Positions 50,735-61,125 of a DNA stretch of 64,000 nt are shown here, piece by piece. The notes under the pieces were generated by a model that was not told where the DNA came from, ran no database searches, and saw only the letters and a program-made list of their open reading frames with translations. Source of the stretch: Gemmatimonadales bacterium (lineage in GTDB: Bacteria > Gemmatimonadota > Gemmatimonadetes > Gemmatimonadales > GWC2-71-9); contig JBFGJG010000001.1 of the NCBI GenBank assembly GCA_041577295.1, positions 242,260 through 306,259 of the forward strand, read 5' to 3'. The translations under genes were made by a program, and so were the position numbers. Positions within the stretch are counted from its first letter, which is position 1. Each line of letters opens with the position of its first letter.

Positions 50735-53548
50735 TCACCGGCCTCGGGCCAAACGCTCCAACTCGGTACGAGCCTCGTCCACCATCCACCGCACTTCGGG
50801 GTCGGGGTCGCTGAAGTTATCGAGAAAAGCCACCCAATGATCTTCCGCTCGATCGACGTCATCGAGCTTCGTGTAGATCAGCGCCAATCGCCGGTGAGCG
50901 ACGGAATGGGTCAGTCCCCGAAAGACCTGGTCATAGTCACCGAATCCCCGATATTGCGCGATCAACTCGAAGTATGTAGCGGCCGAATCTAGATTACCGA
51001 GTCGCTCATGTGCCTCGGCGATGGTCCAGCGTGCGAGCTGACTGAACGCCGGGCCCTCGCCACGAGCGAACGTCGGCTCGGCGATCGGTTCCAACAACCC
51101 AACGACATCGTCCCATCGCTCCCTCACCGCCGCGAGCCGTGCACGTAGAAGAATCCGTTGCGCATGATCCGCGTCGATTCCGTCCGCCGGCGGTTCCTTT
51201 TGCCCATCGGCTGAGGTCAGGTACGCAGCCGCCGAAGCGGTATCGCCGGCCCACGCCGCCCATAAAGCTGTCAGTCGTTGTCCCCGGACACTGCTGCTGA
51301 GTGCCTGCGCTCGAGGCGTCGGCCCCATGGGAAGAGTGGTTGCGGCCAGGATCAGACGCGCCTGGCGGGGATCTTGAGCTTCGGGCTCTCGCCCCATCCG
51401 CTCCGCCAACTGCGTACCCTCCCGGAGCGTCCTCGTTGCCGCTCCGATTCGTCCGCGGGCGGCGTGTGCAGACGCAAGCACGGCAAACGCGCGCAGGTAA
51501 AATACCTGCGGTTGGACGTCCGACCGATCCAGAAAGGAAACGGCAAGGCTTTCCGCGACAGCCCACTGAGCCGCTGCGCCCGCAATGGCAGCCTTGGTGA
51601 TCTGCGCGAAGTCCCCGTCCAACCGCGCGGCATATTGGCTTGCTTCCTCGAATCGCCCAAGTGGCAGCAACCATTGAGCGCAGTTGTAGAGCATTCCCGC
51701 GCTGAGGCCAAACGGGCTAGCCGCCTCTGCCTCTTGTATCATGGCAACCGCTTCCTCAAAACGCCCGATGACGCTCAAAGACAGCGCGTACGCGTTGTGA
51801 CTGGTGTGGAACTCCCGCACAATCCGCTGACGGATGCGACGGGCCGCGGCTTCCTCGCCGCGCTGTGCGGCCATTCGAGCCTCCAGAGTGAGCCGCTCAA
51901 CCGGAGTAAGCCGTTCCGGGCGCTGCGCAGCCTGTTCAATCCAAAGTCGTGCCGAATCACCCATGCCAAGGTTGCTATAGATTGCCGAGATGCGCAGCAT
52001 GGCCGAGGCGAAATCCGGATCGTCTTTCAACGCGGCCAAGTACACCGGCAGCGCGTCAGCGAAGTTGCCCATGTCAAACAGCCGTCCGCCGCGGTCGAAT
52101 AAACGATATGCGTCGAACGACGGGGTTGCGGCCGCGCGGAACGGGCGCGTGGCCTTGATATCTCGTGACCTTTCGCCCAGATCTCGCCGAACGCGGTGCA
52201 CCACGTCGTCGACCGCGGTGATGATCTCTCGTTCACCATTTGCATTTCCCCGAGCTACAGCGATCACCGTCCCGCTGTCGGCATCGAAGACACGCACGGT
52301 TATGGCATACGACTCACCGAGCTGATCGATGGTTGGAGCCACCACCGTTCTGATCGAGCCCCGAAACGCCAGCTCCCTCGCATCTTGGAGAGCTAAGCGC
52401 GTGCTCGTACCGGCCTTCCCGGCCAGGGTCAACCCTCGCCTGACTTGATCCTCGGGCAAAGTTCGCAACACTGCGGCCTCATCGATCGCTGCGGAAACAA
52501 GCCCATATGCGATTCCTCGGATTTCGTCCGAAGCCGAGCCATCCACCTCCGATACGATGGTCCAGGCCGGAGCCGCGCTGACCGGTGTGGTCTCTCGGCC
52601 AAGCGGTGCCGACAGATGGTTCCAACCGAGCGTGAGCGCCATCGCGGCCACAACGACACCAGCTGCCGCAATAAAGAGCGAACGGGTCGGGAGACGTCGG
52701 GGAAGCTCCTCCGGGACCGGTGCCGACAAAGCTTCGGCGAATGACGTCGCGGTGGGGAACCGGTCTGCTGGCGTCTTTGCCAGCGCTTTGCTAATTGCCG
52801 AATCGATGGCGGGTGAGACCGTCTGGCGCATCCGCCGGACGGATGGCACGGGATCGATCATGCACTTCGTAATGATTGCCTGGGCAGTCGGTCCCGTGTA
52901 CGGTGGCTCACCAGCGAGCGTTTCGTACAAAACGCAACCCAGGCTGTAGACGTCCGTGCGTCCATCGAGATCGGTCGTTGCACTTGCTTGCTCTGGACTC
53001 ATGTATGCCGGGGTGCCAACGGCCAAACCAGTCTCTGTAAGCTTGTCACCACCAGCAGACTCAACTGCCTTCGCAATGCCAAAATCGGCCACGACGGCGT
53101 GCCCGTCCTCGAGAAGAATATTCTCGGGTTTGATGTCGCGATGTACGATGTTGTGCTTGTGTGCCGAGTTGAGCGCGTCGGCGACCTCACACACAATCTT
53201 GATCGCATCGTTCACGGGGAGCTGCTTCTCCCGGTTCAGCCGATCGCGAAGTGATTCTCCCTCGACCAACGGCATCACGTAAAACAGCAAGCCCTCGGCA
53301 TCACCCGAATCGAGTAAAGGGAGAATGTGGGGATGATTAAGCTTGGCGGTGATCTGGATCTCACGCAGAAACCGATCGGGTCCAATCGCATCGGCCAGCT
53401 CTGGACGGAGGACCTTGATTGCGACGTGGCGATCGTGTCTGCGGTCCCGCGCGAGGTAAACGGTCGCCATCCCGCCAGCACCGAGCTCGTGCTCGACGTA
53501 GTAGCGGTCCGCAAGGGCGCCTCTCAGACGGCTCACCTGATCAGGCAA
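50735..53548 (-). CDS. Ser/Thr protein kinase with TM segment and TPR-like C-terminus
   Basis: LGAGGMATV, VAIKVL, HRDIKPEN, DFG and GTPAYMSPE. Confidence 0.93.
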   Translation of the reverse strand: MPDQVSRLRGALADRYYVEHELGAGGMATVYLARDRRHDRHVAIKVLRPELADAIGPDRFLREIQITAKLNHPHILPLLDSGDAEGLLFYVMPLVEGESLRDRLNREKQLPVNDAIKIVCEVADALNSAHKHNIVHRDIKPENILLEDGHAVVADFGIAKAVESAGGDKLTETGLAVGTPAYMSPEQASATTDLDGRTDVYSLGCVLYETLAGEPPYTGPTAQAIITKCMIDPVPSVRRMRQTVSPAIDSAISKALAKTPADRFPTATSFAEALSAPVPEELPRRLPTRSLFIAAAGVVVAAMALTLGWNHLSAPLGRETTPVSAAPAWTIVSEVDGSASDEIRGIAYGLVSAAIDEAAVLRTLPEDQVRRGLTLAGKAGTSTRLALQDARELAFRGSIRTVVAPTIDQLGESYAITVRVFDADSGTVIAVARGNANGEREIITAVDDVVHRVRRDLGERSRDIKATRPFRAAATPSFDAYRLFDRGGRLFDMGNFADALPVYLAALKDDPDFASAMLRISAIYSNLGMGDSARLWIEQAAQRPERLTPVERLTLEARMAAQRGEEAAARRIRQRIVREFHTSHNAYALSLSVIGRFEEAVAMIQEAEAASPFGLSAGMLYNCAQWLLPLGRFEEASQYAARLDGDFAQITKAAIAGAAAQWAVAESLAVSFLDRSDVQPQVFYLRAFAVLASAHAARGRIGAATRTLREGTQLAERMGREPEAQDPRQARLILAATTLPMGPTPRAQALSSSVRGQRLTALWAAWAGDTASAAAYLTSADGQKEPPADGIDADHAQRILLRARLAAVRERWDDVVGLLEPIAEPTFARGEGPAFSQLARWTIAEAHERLGNLDSAATYFELIAQYRGFGDYDQVFRGLTHSVAHRRLALIYTKLDDVDRAEDHWVAFLDNFSDPDPEVRWMVDEARTELERLARGR

Positions 53549-53575
53549 GGGGCCAACCCCGGGGGCACGGATGTT

Positions 53576-53965
53576 TTACGATATGTCACGGCCCAACGAC
53601 GGTCCAGCACTCGGCCTATCTGCTCCGACCTCGATGAAGGTCCACACCGCGTCCAGAAACTCCGCCCACGCTGACTCGTGCTCCAGCGGAATGTGATTGC
53701 GGCTCTGGAGAGGAACAAAACGGGCGCCGGGAATGTGGCCGGCGAGTAAGCGTCCCTCCTCGAACGGCACGCAGCCATCCTGCGTGCTATGGAGCACGAG
53801 TGTCGGCGCCGTCACCTGAGTCGCGGTCTCACGCACGTCGATGCTTTGAAACGCCTGCATGAGACGCGCAGCATTCTCCGCGGACACGGTCTGCAGTTCG
53901 TTGAGCCACTTCACGTCCTCCACGGTGGCGTCCGGAAAGAACATGGTCGGATGAGCTTGCGGCAT
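53576..53965 (-). pseudogene. C-terminal remnant of an alpha/beta hydrolase
   Basis: IDVR...PTLVLH..D..VPFEEGR..IPGARFVPL...NH present; the N-terminal half with the nucleophile elbow is absent. Confidence 0.6.
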
Positions 53966-54227
53966 CCTTCATGGGCGATCAGTCCGTGGCGGCAACCAAC
54001 GCTGTCCTCGAATTAAGTGGTTTGTCCACCCCACGTTCCCAAAGTGCTACCCGTCCCTCGTCCATCCGTCCGCCTTTCTTACCGTCCTTTCCGTCTTCCC
54101 CTCATTCCATTCTACGTGACCCCGATGACGCTGACGTGGTAACAAAGGTCACTGCAAAGCCGAGCTGCGCGCGCATAGAATTGAGCAGTCGCTTGTCCAA
54201 TACGCGCATCCTTTCCGCGGCCGCTCA

Positions 54228-55064
54228 GTGGCAGCGGCCCAAGGAGTTTCTACGTTGCCTGTCTTCCCGAGCTTTTTCCGCGTGTTCCGACCGGCCGCGC
54301 TGGTTTGTCTCGCCGCAGGATGCGCGACGACCGGCAACCCCGCCGGTCCCGGTGGGAACGGTAACAATCCGCCCCCACCACCACCGCCCGCGGGCCAGGC
54401 GGTTTACTACGAATGTCGCTTCGAAAACGGCAGCGGTCAGTGGGGGGGCAATGGTGTGGGCTGTACCGGATCGGTGGGGTTCAGTCATCAATCCATGGTC
54501 CAGACGTTGAGCCCGGGCGGGGGAACCTCGTGGGCGGACGAGGGTGATGGGGTGTTCAACGTGGACTTCCCTGGTCAGGGCGGTTGCTCTGGCGCCACCG
54601 GTTCTGATGGCTTCGAGGCCTGCAACGGCATGGTCGCAGTTACGTTCGACGAGCCACTCCAGTTCCCGCTCTGGGTCCGCATTGTCGATCGGCTCAGTAC
54701 AGGCTGGGTGAGTGGGGTTGCGTACAAGTGGCAACGGTGGAACGACGACGCCGGAAGGCAACCCGGTCTCGGGGTCTGGGAGGACGCCGTTGGATGCTCT
54801 GGCGCATTATGGTTCACACGCACACAAGATGGTCTATGCCTAGGGCGTGATGACTGGGAAGGCGAGTGGATCCAGTGGGACTTTCACCTCCAGGGTGACG
54901 CCGTTGACGTGTACCGCGACGGTGAACTCGTACACAGCGGGGCCGAGGATAGCGCGGTCAACCTGCGCATCTATCAGTTTGGGGCCAACCTCAATCACAA
55001 TCCGCCTGCGCCGCAGACCCGCAGCTTCGACTATCTAGCGATCAGCCGCGAACGCTTGCCGTAG
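54228..55064 (+). CDS. Putative lipoprotein with Pro-rich linker and Trp/Cys-rich beta domain
   Basis: Lipobox LAAGC followed by GGNGNNPPPPPPP. Start uncertain. Confidence 0.6.
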   Translation: MAAAQGVSTLPVFPSFFRVFRPAALVCLAAGCATTGNPAGPGGNGNNPPPPPPPAGQAVYYECRFENGSGQWGGNGVGCTGSVGFSHQSMVQTLSPGGGTSWADEGDGVFNVDFPGQGGCSGATGSDGFEACNGMVAVTFDEPLQFPLWVRIVDRLSTGWVSGVAYKWQRWNDDAGRQPGLGVWEDAVGCSGALWFTRTQDGLCLGRDDWEGEWIQWDFHLQGDAVDVYRDGELVHSGAEDSAVNLRIYQFGANLNHNPPAPQTRSFDYLAISRERLP

Positions 55065-55134
55065 AAACACGGCGGGGCAGCGAGTAAAGACCTTGGGGGT
55101 GAGTCGGTGCCGTTCCCTTAGGTTACGAGTTGCG

Positions 55135-55605
55135 CTATTCCCGCTGTTTGGTGAGCAGGCGCTCTGTGAAGTCGATCCGCTCTTCGAGATCTGCCACTCG
55201 ATCGGCTTGCATCCGTGCCAACTCTGCGATCTGCTGTCGGTGCCGTTCCTCCATCGTCGCGAGTCGCTCCCGCAGGCCGTCGGGATCCCTCCTCACCGAG
55301 CGGCCCAACCGTGCCCGGTACCATGTGGGGATGGCGGAGACCGCGACGATCAGCCCGCCGATTATCGCAGCCGTGCCGGCTTCTTGGGGGTTCCCATCTA
55401 CACCGAACCCGATGAGAATCATCCCGCCGAGCAGCCTGGCCCCGATTTGGGCGGCGAGCTTGGCTCGCTCGCGCCATCTCGATTTGGCGTCCACGCCGGA
55501 AGTACGCGCCTGCATCCCGGTCGCAACGGGATACGCGCACGACGGACACGCCGCCGCGTTACTCGAGACCTCTCGGCCGCACTCCGGACATTCGATCAGG
55601 GCCAT
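55135..55605 (-). CDS. Zinc-ribbon membrane protein with C-terminal coiled coil
   Basis: MALIECPECGREVS..A..CPSC, two TM helices and ADLEERIDFTERLL. Confidence 0.75.
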   Translation of the reverse strand: MALIECPECGREVSSNAAACPSCAYPVATGMQARTSGVDAKSRWRERAKLAAQIGARLLGGMILIGFGVDGNPQEAGTAAIIGGLIVAVSAIPTWYRARLGRSVRRDPDGLRERLATMEERHRQQIAELARMQADRVADLEERIDFTERLLTKQRE

Positions 55606-55707
55606 GAGAGTCACCATCCAAAGGCGGAGGTCATGGGGGTTTCTGACCCTACGGGAAGCTGCACACCAGGTTTCTACTTGGTACGCGTCGTAGGATGCAG
55701 AACCCAA

Positions 55708-55793
55708 TGCCCGGGGCGGGATTCGAACCCGCACGGGGACTTAGCCCCAAGGGATTTTAAGTCCCTTGCGTCTGCCCATTTCGCCACCCGGGC
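55708..55793 (-). tRNA. tRNA-Leu (anticodon TAA), CCA not encoded
   Basis: GCCCGGG acceptor stem, anticodon arm AGGGA-CTTAAAA-TCCCT, long variable arm and GGTTCGAATCC T-arm. Confidence 0.96.
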
Positions 55794-55991
55794 TCCCCTC
55801 TCTAACTTCGCTCATCACACGGAAGCGCGGAAGCCAACGTCCGGGACGGAGGCACTATCGCGCTGATCGCCCGAGGCGTCCGTTGGGCTCGCCGCTTCCA
55901 AGCCCCCTACCCTCCGTTATCTTTCTGCAGCCTCAGACCGTACTCGACGGACTCAAGACCCCTTGCGATCGCTACTCCGAAACGGGACTCA

Positions 55992-57602
55992 ATGCGAGCT
56001 ATACTCTGCTGCGCGCTGCTGGCCTGGTCCATCGCACTCCCCGGGGCCGCCGGGGCCCAGGCCTCGGCCAACGTCTCAACCCTCGACCCTGCCTATCGCG
56101 ATCTCGAGAAGCTCATCGCCTACGGGCTCTTGAACAGCGTCCAGATGGGGCAACGACCTTTTAGCAGGGTCGATTTTGCCAATTTCATCAAAGCCGCACG
56201 ATTACGGGTCAAAAGTCTGCATCCACCGCACGCCTTCACCATTCTCGAGCGGCTCGAACACCGTTTTTCACGGGAGGTGTCGTTGCTCGGGACCCCGGAC
56301 GATCCTGTGCGACCTTCGATCCGGCCACTTGAAACACTGCGTTTTGAGCTGGTGCAGGCCATGAGTCCCGATCGCCCGGTTCGCGATCAGTTTTTCGGAG
56401 TGGTGTCCGCCACGATCAACCCACTGTTGGGCTACCGCGAAGGGCGGAAACCGGTGGACGGGACGACGGCAGCCTTAGAGACCACACACGAGATCCGACT
56501 CGCCAAGCAGCTCGTATTGTATGCGCACCCACGTCTACAGCTCACAGAGGGACGTGAAGCAACCCCCAACCTAAACCGTGTCTCGATCCAAGAAGCGTAT
56601 GCAACTCTGTTGTTGGGAAACTTTTCGCTCCTCGTTGGACGCGCCAATCAGGTGTGGGGCCAGGGAAGACAGGCTGGGCTGCTGATTTCATCCAATGCCC
56701 GGGGCTTCGACATGGTGAAGGTCACCAATCAAGAGCCTCGCGTGCTGCCGTGGGTCTTTCGCCTGCTGGGACCTACGAAGGGAACCTTGTTCTTCGCGAC
56801 GACTGCCGCAGACCGCGACCGACATTTCCTCAACTCGTACATGCTCGGCTACAAAGTGACGATTCAGCCATTTCAGTGGCTCGAGTTTGGTGGAAGCTAT
56901 TTGCTCGAGTCGGGCGGACGAGGCGCTCCCGAAGCAACACTCGGCGATCGCATCGTTGATCACATCTTCATTCTCAGCTGGCCCGCGAGGGAGGCCAACC
57001 TCCAGTTCTCAAACAAGATCGTCGGTGTTGAGTTTCGTGCGACTTTACCAGGCGGGGTACAGGTCTATGGTGAAGGAGCGTGGGATGACGTGACTTCCAC
57101 CCAGGTCAGCAGGTGGTTCAACCAAGACTCGGGTTGGCTACTTGGCTTCTACGCGCCGCGTTTGGAACGCTCAGGCCGAGTTGATCTTGCTTTCGAGTAC
57201 CACTTCAGTGGCATTCGCCTGTATCGCCACGGGCAGTTCTTGACCGGACTAGCCGTGGACGACCGCTTGTTCGGCAACATCCTCGGTCCCGAGGGACGCG
57301 CAGGATACGTCGAAATGCATTTCGATGTGTCACGGGAGAACACAATAGGAGTCCACGCGGCGTACGAGGGTCGGAGCCTCGACGAGTACGAGACACCGGA
57401 ACGTGGTGTGCGGGTAAAGGTCCGCGCCTTACCGCAAGAGCGTCGCTACCGAACTGTCGGATCGTGGACGTATCGTCCAATGCGGCAGCCAATTGTCTTT
57501 AAGGCGATTGCCGGCTACGAACGGGTGAACACCTTCGACTTCGCCGTCGGCGACGATCGAGATAACTGGATTGGTCAGATCCAGCTGGAGTGGCGCTTCT
57601 GA
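55992..57602 (+). CDS. Capsule assembly Wzi-family outer-membrane protein
   Basis: Signal peptide; QRPFSR, WGQG...LLISSNA, VYGE...DD and C-terminal F. Confidence 0.7.
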   Translation: MRAILCCALLAWSIALPGAAGAQASANVSTLDPAYRDLEKLIAYGLLNSVQMGQRPFSRVDFANFIKAARLRVKSLHPPHAFTILERLEHRFSREVSLLGTPDDPVRPSIRPLETLRFELVQAMSPDRPVRDQFFGVVSATINPLLGYREGRKPVDGTTAALETTHEIRLAKQLVLYAHPRLQLTEGREATPNLNRVSIQEAYATLLLGNFSLLVGRANQVWGQGRQAGLLISSNARGFDMVKVTNQEPRVLPWVFRLLGPTKGTLFFATTAADRDRHFLNSYMLGYKVTIQPFQWLEFGGSYLLESGGRGAPEATLGDRIVDHIFILSWPAREANLQFSNKIVGVEFRATLPGGVQVYGEGAWDDVTSTQVSRWFNQDSGWLLGFYAPRLERSGRVDLAFEYHFSGIRLYRHGQFLTGLAVDDRLFGNILGPEGRAGYVEMHFDVSRENTIGVHAAYEGRSLDEYETPERGVRVKVRALPQERRYRTVGSWTYRPMRQPIVFKAIAGYERVNTFDFAVGDDRDNWIGQIQLEWRF

Positions 57603-57607
57603 GTCCT

Positions 57608-58261
57608 CTACTCGGCTTCGAACCCCACCTTGCGGTGACTGCTATCGCAAAACGGCTTGTTTTGAGAATGGCCACAGCGGCAGCACCACGTTTGCTCCCT
57701 CCGAACCACCGACTGCTCTCGATCCCCGCTCACGAGCCGAAAGGTTCCCTCGAGCAATAACGGCCCGTTGGGTTGCGGCTCGACGACAAGGTGACCTGAC
57801 ACGTCTTCCTTTGTCGACTCGTTTTCGCCGGACACAAACCCGCCCGAATGCTCGAATCCGATATCCCGATGGCTGTTATCGCAGAAGGGCTTGTTGTGCG
57901 ACGCGCCACACCGACAAAGCGCAACCCTCGTGTGTGCCGTCACGCCGTCCGGTGTCTGGATTTCGAGCGCACCCCTCAGGTACAGAGGACCGTTGGGCTC
58001 AATCCAGACCTCGTTTGTCGCTGGCGTGCGCTCCTGTGGCCCGCCGTCCTTGCGTCGGTGCTGCAACGCACCACTCGGGCAGGCGATGACCGCGGCCGCC
58101 ACCTCGTCCGCCGTGGCATTTGCCGGAGCCACCCACGGCCGTCGCTCGGGATCAAAGACCGACGGCAGTCGCTTCACGCACTCCCGTGCGTGGATACAAC
58201 GTTTGAGGTCATACTCGACCGCGATTGCGTCGGATTCGTACGTCCGGATCTTCGGTGGCAT
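57608..58261 (-). CDS. Divergent 4Fe-4S (YjdI-like) plus double CDGSH iron-sulfur protein
   Basis: CIHARECV...CPSGAL; LCRCGASHNKPFCDNSH and CCRCGHSQNKPFCDSSH. Confidence 0.9.
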   Translation of the reverse strand: MPPKIRTYESDAIAVEYDLKRCIHARECVKRLPSVFDPERRPWVAPANATADEVAAAVIACPSGALQHRRKDGGPQERTPATNEVWIEPNGPLYLRGALEIQTPDGVTAHTRVALCRCGASHNKPFCDNSHRDIGFEHSGGFVSGENESTKEDVSGHLVVEPQPNGPLLLEGTFRLVSGDREQSVVRREQTWCCRCGHSQNKPFCDSSHRKVGFEAE

Positions 58262-58269
58262 CGAGGAGG

Positions 58270-59109
58270 TTACCCCTGAGTTGGATCGTGGTGTGTGGTT
58301 GGAACCTTTCGGGCCCGAACGAACGCACCCATTACCCGGCCTGCTACCTCTCGCGCCACTGAATCTGCATCCAATCCGGCCTGGCTCAGAAACGCGCGGG
58401 CGTCCTCGAACTCGTACACCCGGGTCGGCTCGATACTAATGTCGTCAAAACCAGCGTCCGCCAAAAACCGCTCGTACTCGCTCTCGGTCAACGCACCTGC
58501 TATGCATCCCACCCACAGCTCCATGCTCTTGCGAACGACGGCGGGAACCTCACCACGCACCACGACGTCGGACACCGCAAAGCGACCGCCCGGACGCAGC
58601 ACGCGGAAGGCTTCGCGGATCACGCGCTGCTTGTCGGCGGAGAGGTTGATGACACAATTGGAAATGATGACGTCCACCGAATCATCCGGCAGCGGGATGT
58701 CTTCGATCTCGCCCTTCAGGAACTCGACGTTTTGAACCCCCGCCTTGCGTTGATTCTCCTGTGCAAGCTCCAGCATTTGGTCGGTCATGTCCAGCCCATA
58801 GACTTTGCCGGTTGGGCCGACGCGGCGGGCGGAGAGCAACACATCGATTCCACCGCCGGAGCCGAGATCCAGCACCGTTTCCCCTGGATGCAGATCAGCT
58901 AGCGCGGTGGGATTGCCACAGCCGAGTGATGCGAGCAGCGCTGATTCGGGAATCTGGGCGACGTCACTCGCTTCATAGAGGTTCGACGTCACGGGGTCGC
59001 ATCCACAGCCGCCTCCTGGGGCGCAGCACTCGGCCGCACCACCAACGCGCGCCCGTTCCGCAGCCGCACCGTACTTGGTCTCGATTTGCGTCTTCAGTTT
59101 GTCACTCAT
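58270..59109 (-). CDS. arsM: Arsenite S-adenosylmethionine methyltransferase
   Basis: [32 protein letters not shown] and N-terminal CC. Confidence 0.93.
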   Translation of the reverse strand: MSDKLKTQIETKYGAAAERARVGGAAECCAPGGGCGCDPVTSNLYEASDVAQIPESALLASLGCGNPTALADLHPGETVLDLGSGGGIDVLLSARRVGPTGKVYGLDMTDQMLELAQENQRKAGVQNVEFLKGEIEDIPLPDDSVDVIISNCVINLSADKQRVIREAFRVLRPGGRFAVSDVVVRGEVPAVVRKSMELWVGCIAGALTESEYERFLADAGFDDISIEPTRVYEFEDARAFLSQAGLDADSVAREVAGRVMGAFVRARKVPTTHHDPTQG

Positions 59110-59212
59110 TTCGTCATCCTCGCGGTTTCCTGCAACTGCCCCGTTGCACGTGTCCCGTTTCCACTCCCATCACTGCTTCCGCCTCTAGGACCTGCTCCGT
59201 TCGTCGCACGAC

Positions 59213-59539
59213 TCAACAACAACCCGCCTGAGCGCAGCTCCCTACGTGGCCTCCGGACCTCATCGTAGAGACGAAGGCGATGATTCCGTCGATCGCGTCA
59301 TCGACGAGGCGATAGTAAACCCACCGACCTTCCCGGCGGTCAACGACGAGCCCCGCGTCCCTGAGGGTCTTCAGGTGAAAGGAGAGGCGAGATTGCGCCG
59401 CACCCAGCCCCTCAGTCAGTTCACATACACACCGCTCCCCGTGCGACAGCAGACGCACGATCTCGAGGCGTGTCTCGTCTGAGAGCGCGTGAAACCACCG
59501 AGCAGGTGGAATCGTGGTCTTTGAGCCGTTCGGTATCAC
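59213..59539 (-). CDS. arsR: ArsR/SmtB metalloregulator
   Basis: FHALSDETRL, CVCEL, SFHLKTL, REGRWVYY and C-terminal CxxxxCC. Confidence 0.92.
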   Translation of the reverse strand: MIPNGSKTTIPPARWFHALSDETRLEIVRLLSHGERCVCELTEGLGAAQSRLSFHLKTLRDAGLVVDRREGRWVYYRLVDDAIDGIIAFVSTMRSGGHVGSCAQAGCC

Positions 59540-59546
59540 AAGCCAA

Positions 59547-59570
59547 ATATATCAATATTTCTTGATATAT
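59547..59570. promoter_or_regulatory. Probable ArsR operator
   Basis: Perfect inverted repeat ATATATCAA-N6-TTGATATAT immediately upstream of arsR. Confidence 0.8.
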
Positions 59571-59917
59571 GAAAGGCCTGAGGACGTGAGGCCCGGCCAC
59601 TGGCTTCCTTTTCACCGCACTACGTATCAAAACGACCAGGAAACGAAGGACAAATCGTGCCCTGCGACCTCTACGGCCACCGACCCTCGATCAGAAGGGA
59701 ACCTTGAACGGCGATCGTGGGTTGAAGGGGTTGTGACCCCGATCGTGAACGGTTTCATCTCTCGCTGTTGTCCGGCGTGTACCATTGTCGGGCCGGCAGC
59801 GCCGTGCGTCCGGGAAGATTCATGAAGTCCTAGCCATTACAATCTGACGCGCACTTCGCAGCCGGCTGCGACCCAAGAAGGGACACAGCCGGTGTTTTTT
59901 TTATCAAGGAGGTACTC

Positions 59918-60439
59918 ATGGGCGCCATCGATGATGCTCTGCGGGCCAACAATCGGTACTCGAGTGGATTTCGTCTGGCCCACCTTCCCATGCCACCAGC
60001 GAAGCACTTGGCTGTCCTCGCATGTATGGACGCGCGCCTTACGGTCGAGGAGATCCTGGGACTCGAGACGGGTGACGCACACGTGATCCGCAACGCAGGG
60101 GGGATAGCTACCGAGGACGCCATTCGATCCTTACTCATCTCCCATCACCTGTTGAGCACCCGAGAGTTTGTGGTGATCAATCACACGGACTGTGGTATGC
60201 TGACGTTCAAGGACCATGAGCTGCTCAGCCGCCTCGAACGGGAAACGGGAACGGCAGTGGTTGGACCGGCCCACTTCCACGCCTTCAGCGATCTCGAGGA
60301 GAATGTCCGCCGCCAGATCCAAAAGATTCGAGCGCATCCGTGGATCCCACGGGCGATCCCCGTACGCGGATTCGTCTACGATGTGGGGTCGGGCAAGCTC
60401 AACGAGGTCGAGGTGGGTGAGGTCGCGGTGAGACGTTAA
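59918..60439 (+). CDS. Beta-class carbonic anhydrase
   Basis: AAGGAGG RBS; CMDAR, RNAGG and HTDCG. Confidence 0.92.
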   Translation: MGAIDDALRANNRYSSGFRLAHLPMPPAKHLAVLACMDARLTVEEILGLETGDAHVIRNAGGIATEDAIRSLLISHHLLSTREFVVINHTDCGMLTFKDHELLSRLERETGTAVVGPAHFHAFSDLEENVRRQIQKIRAHPWIPRAIPVRGFVYDVGSGKLNEVEVGEVAVRR

Positions 60440-60666
60440 GCATAGGGATATAGGGGAAGGAGGGAGCGGGGAGTCGGGAGTGGGGGAAGCAGCCAGACGC
60501 AGCGGCAGCCCCGTGGCGGGTGTCAGTGAGTGGTGCCCGGCATGCGATTTGGTTTGCACGTGCGAACTCCAGCTCGCGATGGGGCTGCCACCACGAGACC
60601 GTCACCGGCAGTCGCTCCCGAAGCGAGGAATCCGCATCGCGTGGTCGTGGATCTAACGGCCATCGC

Positions 60667-61125
60667 TCACCCCCGAGCAGCGCGTTTGATGGCTAGCTTG
60701 ATGCGGTTGTACGTCCCGCAACGACAAAGGCACACCGACATCCACTGCTCGATCTCGTTGTCACTCGGGTTGGGATTCTTCGCCAACAGATCCGCGGCAG
60801 TCATGATCTGACCAGACTGGCAATACCCGCATTGCGGAACGTCTTCGTCGATCCAGGCCTGCTGTACGGGGTGTAGACGGCCCTCGCTCGCCAACCCCTC
60901 GATGGTCGTGATCTGCTTTCCGGCCACGCCGGCGATCGGCAGCTGGCACGAGAAGGTCGCCGTTCCATCCACGTGCACCGTGCAGGCACGGCACTGACCG
61001 ATCCCACAACCGAACTTTGTCCCGGTCAGGCCGAGCTCGTCTCGCAACACCCAGAGAAGCGGTGTGTCCGCCTCAACGTTGACCGTGCGACGGACGCCGT
61101 TGACCGTGAGGGTATACTCGGACAT
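60667..61125 (-). CDS. (2Fe-2S) small subunit of a molybdo-hydroxylase (IorA/CoxS-like)
   Basis: [22 protein letters not shown] and CRCGTY. Confidence 0.92.
   Translation of the reverse strand: MSEYTLTVNGVRRTVNVEADTPLLWVLRDELGLTGTKFGCGIGQCRACTVHVDGTATFSCQLPIAGVAGKQITTIEGLASEGRLHPVQQAWIDEDVPQCGYCQSGQIMTAADLLAKNPNPSDNEIEQWMSVCLCRCGTYNRIKLAIKRAARG

Noticed and set aside
50615..50992. ORF with a purine-rich RBS after the ADOP permease
   Set aside because: Mostly antisense to the kinase gene and has no recognisable motif.
55708..55793. bldA-like control of the NRPS by tRNA-Leu(UAA)
   Set aside because: TTA codons occur in the NRPS genes but also in unrelated genes. Nothing indicates regulatory use, and the tRNA is 25 kb away.
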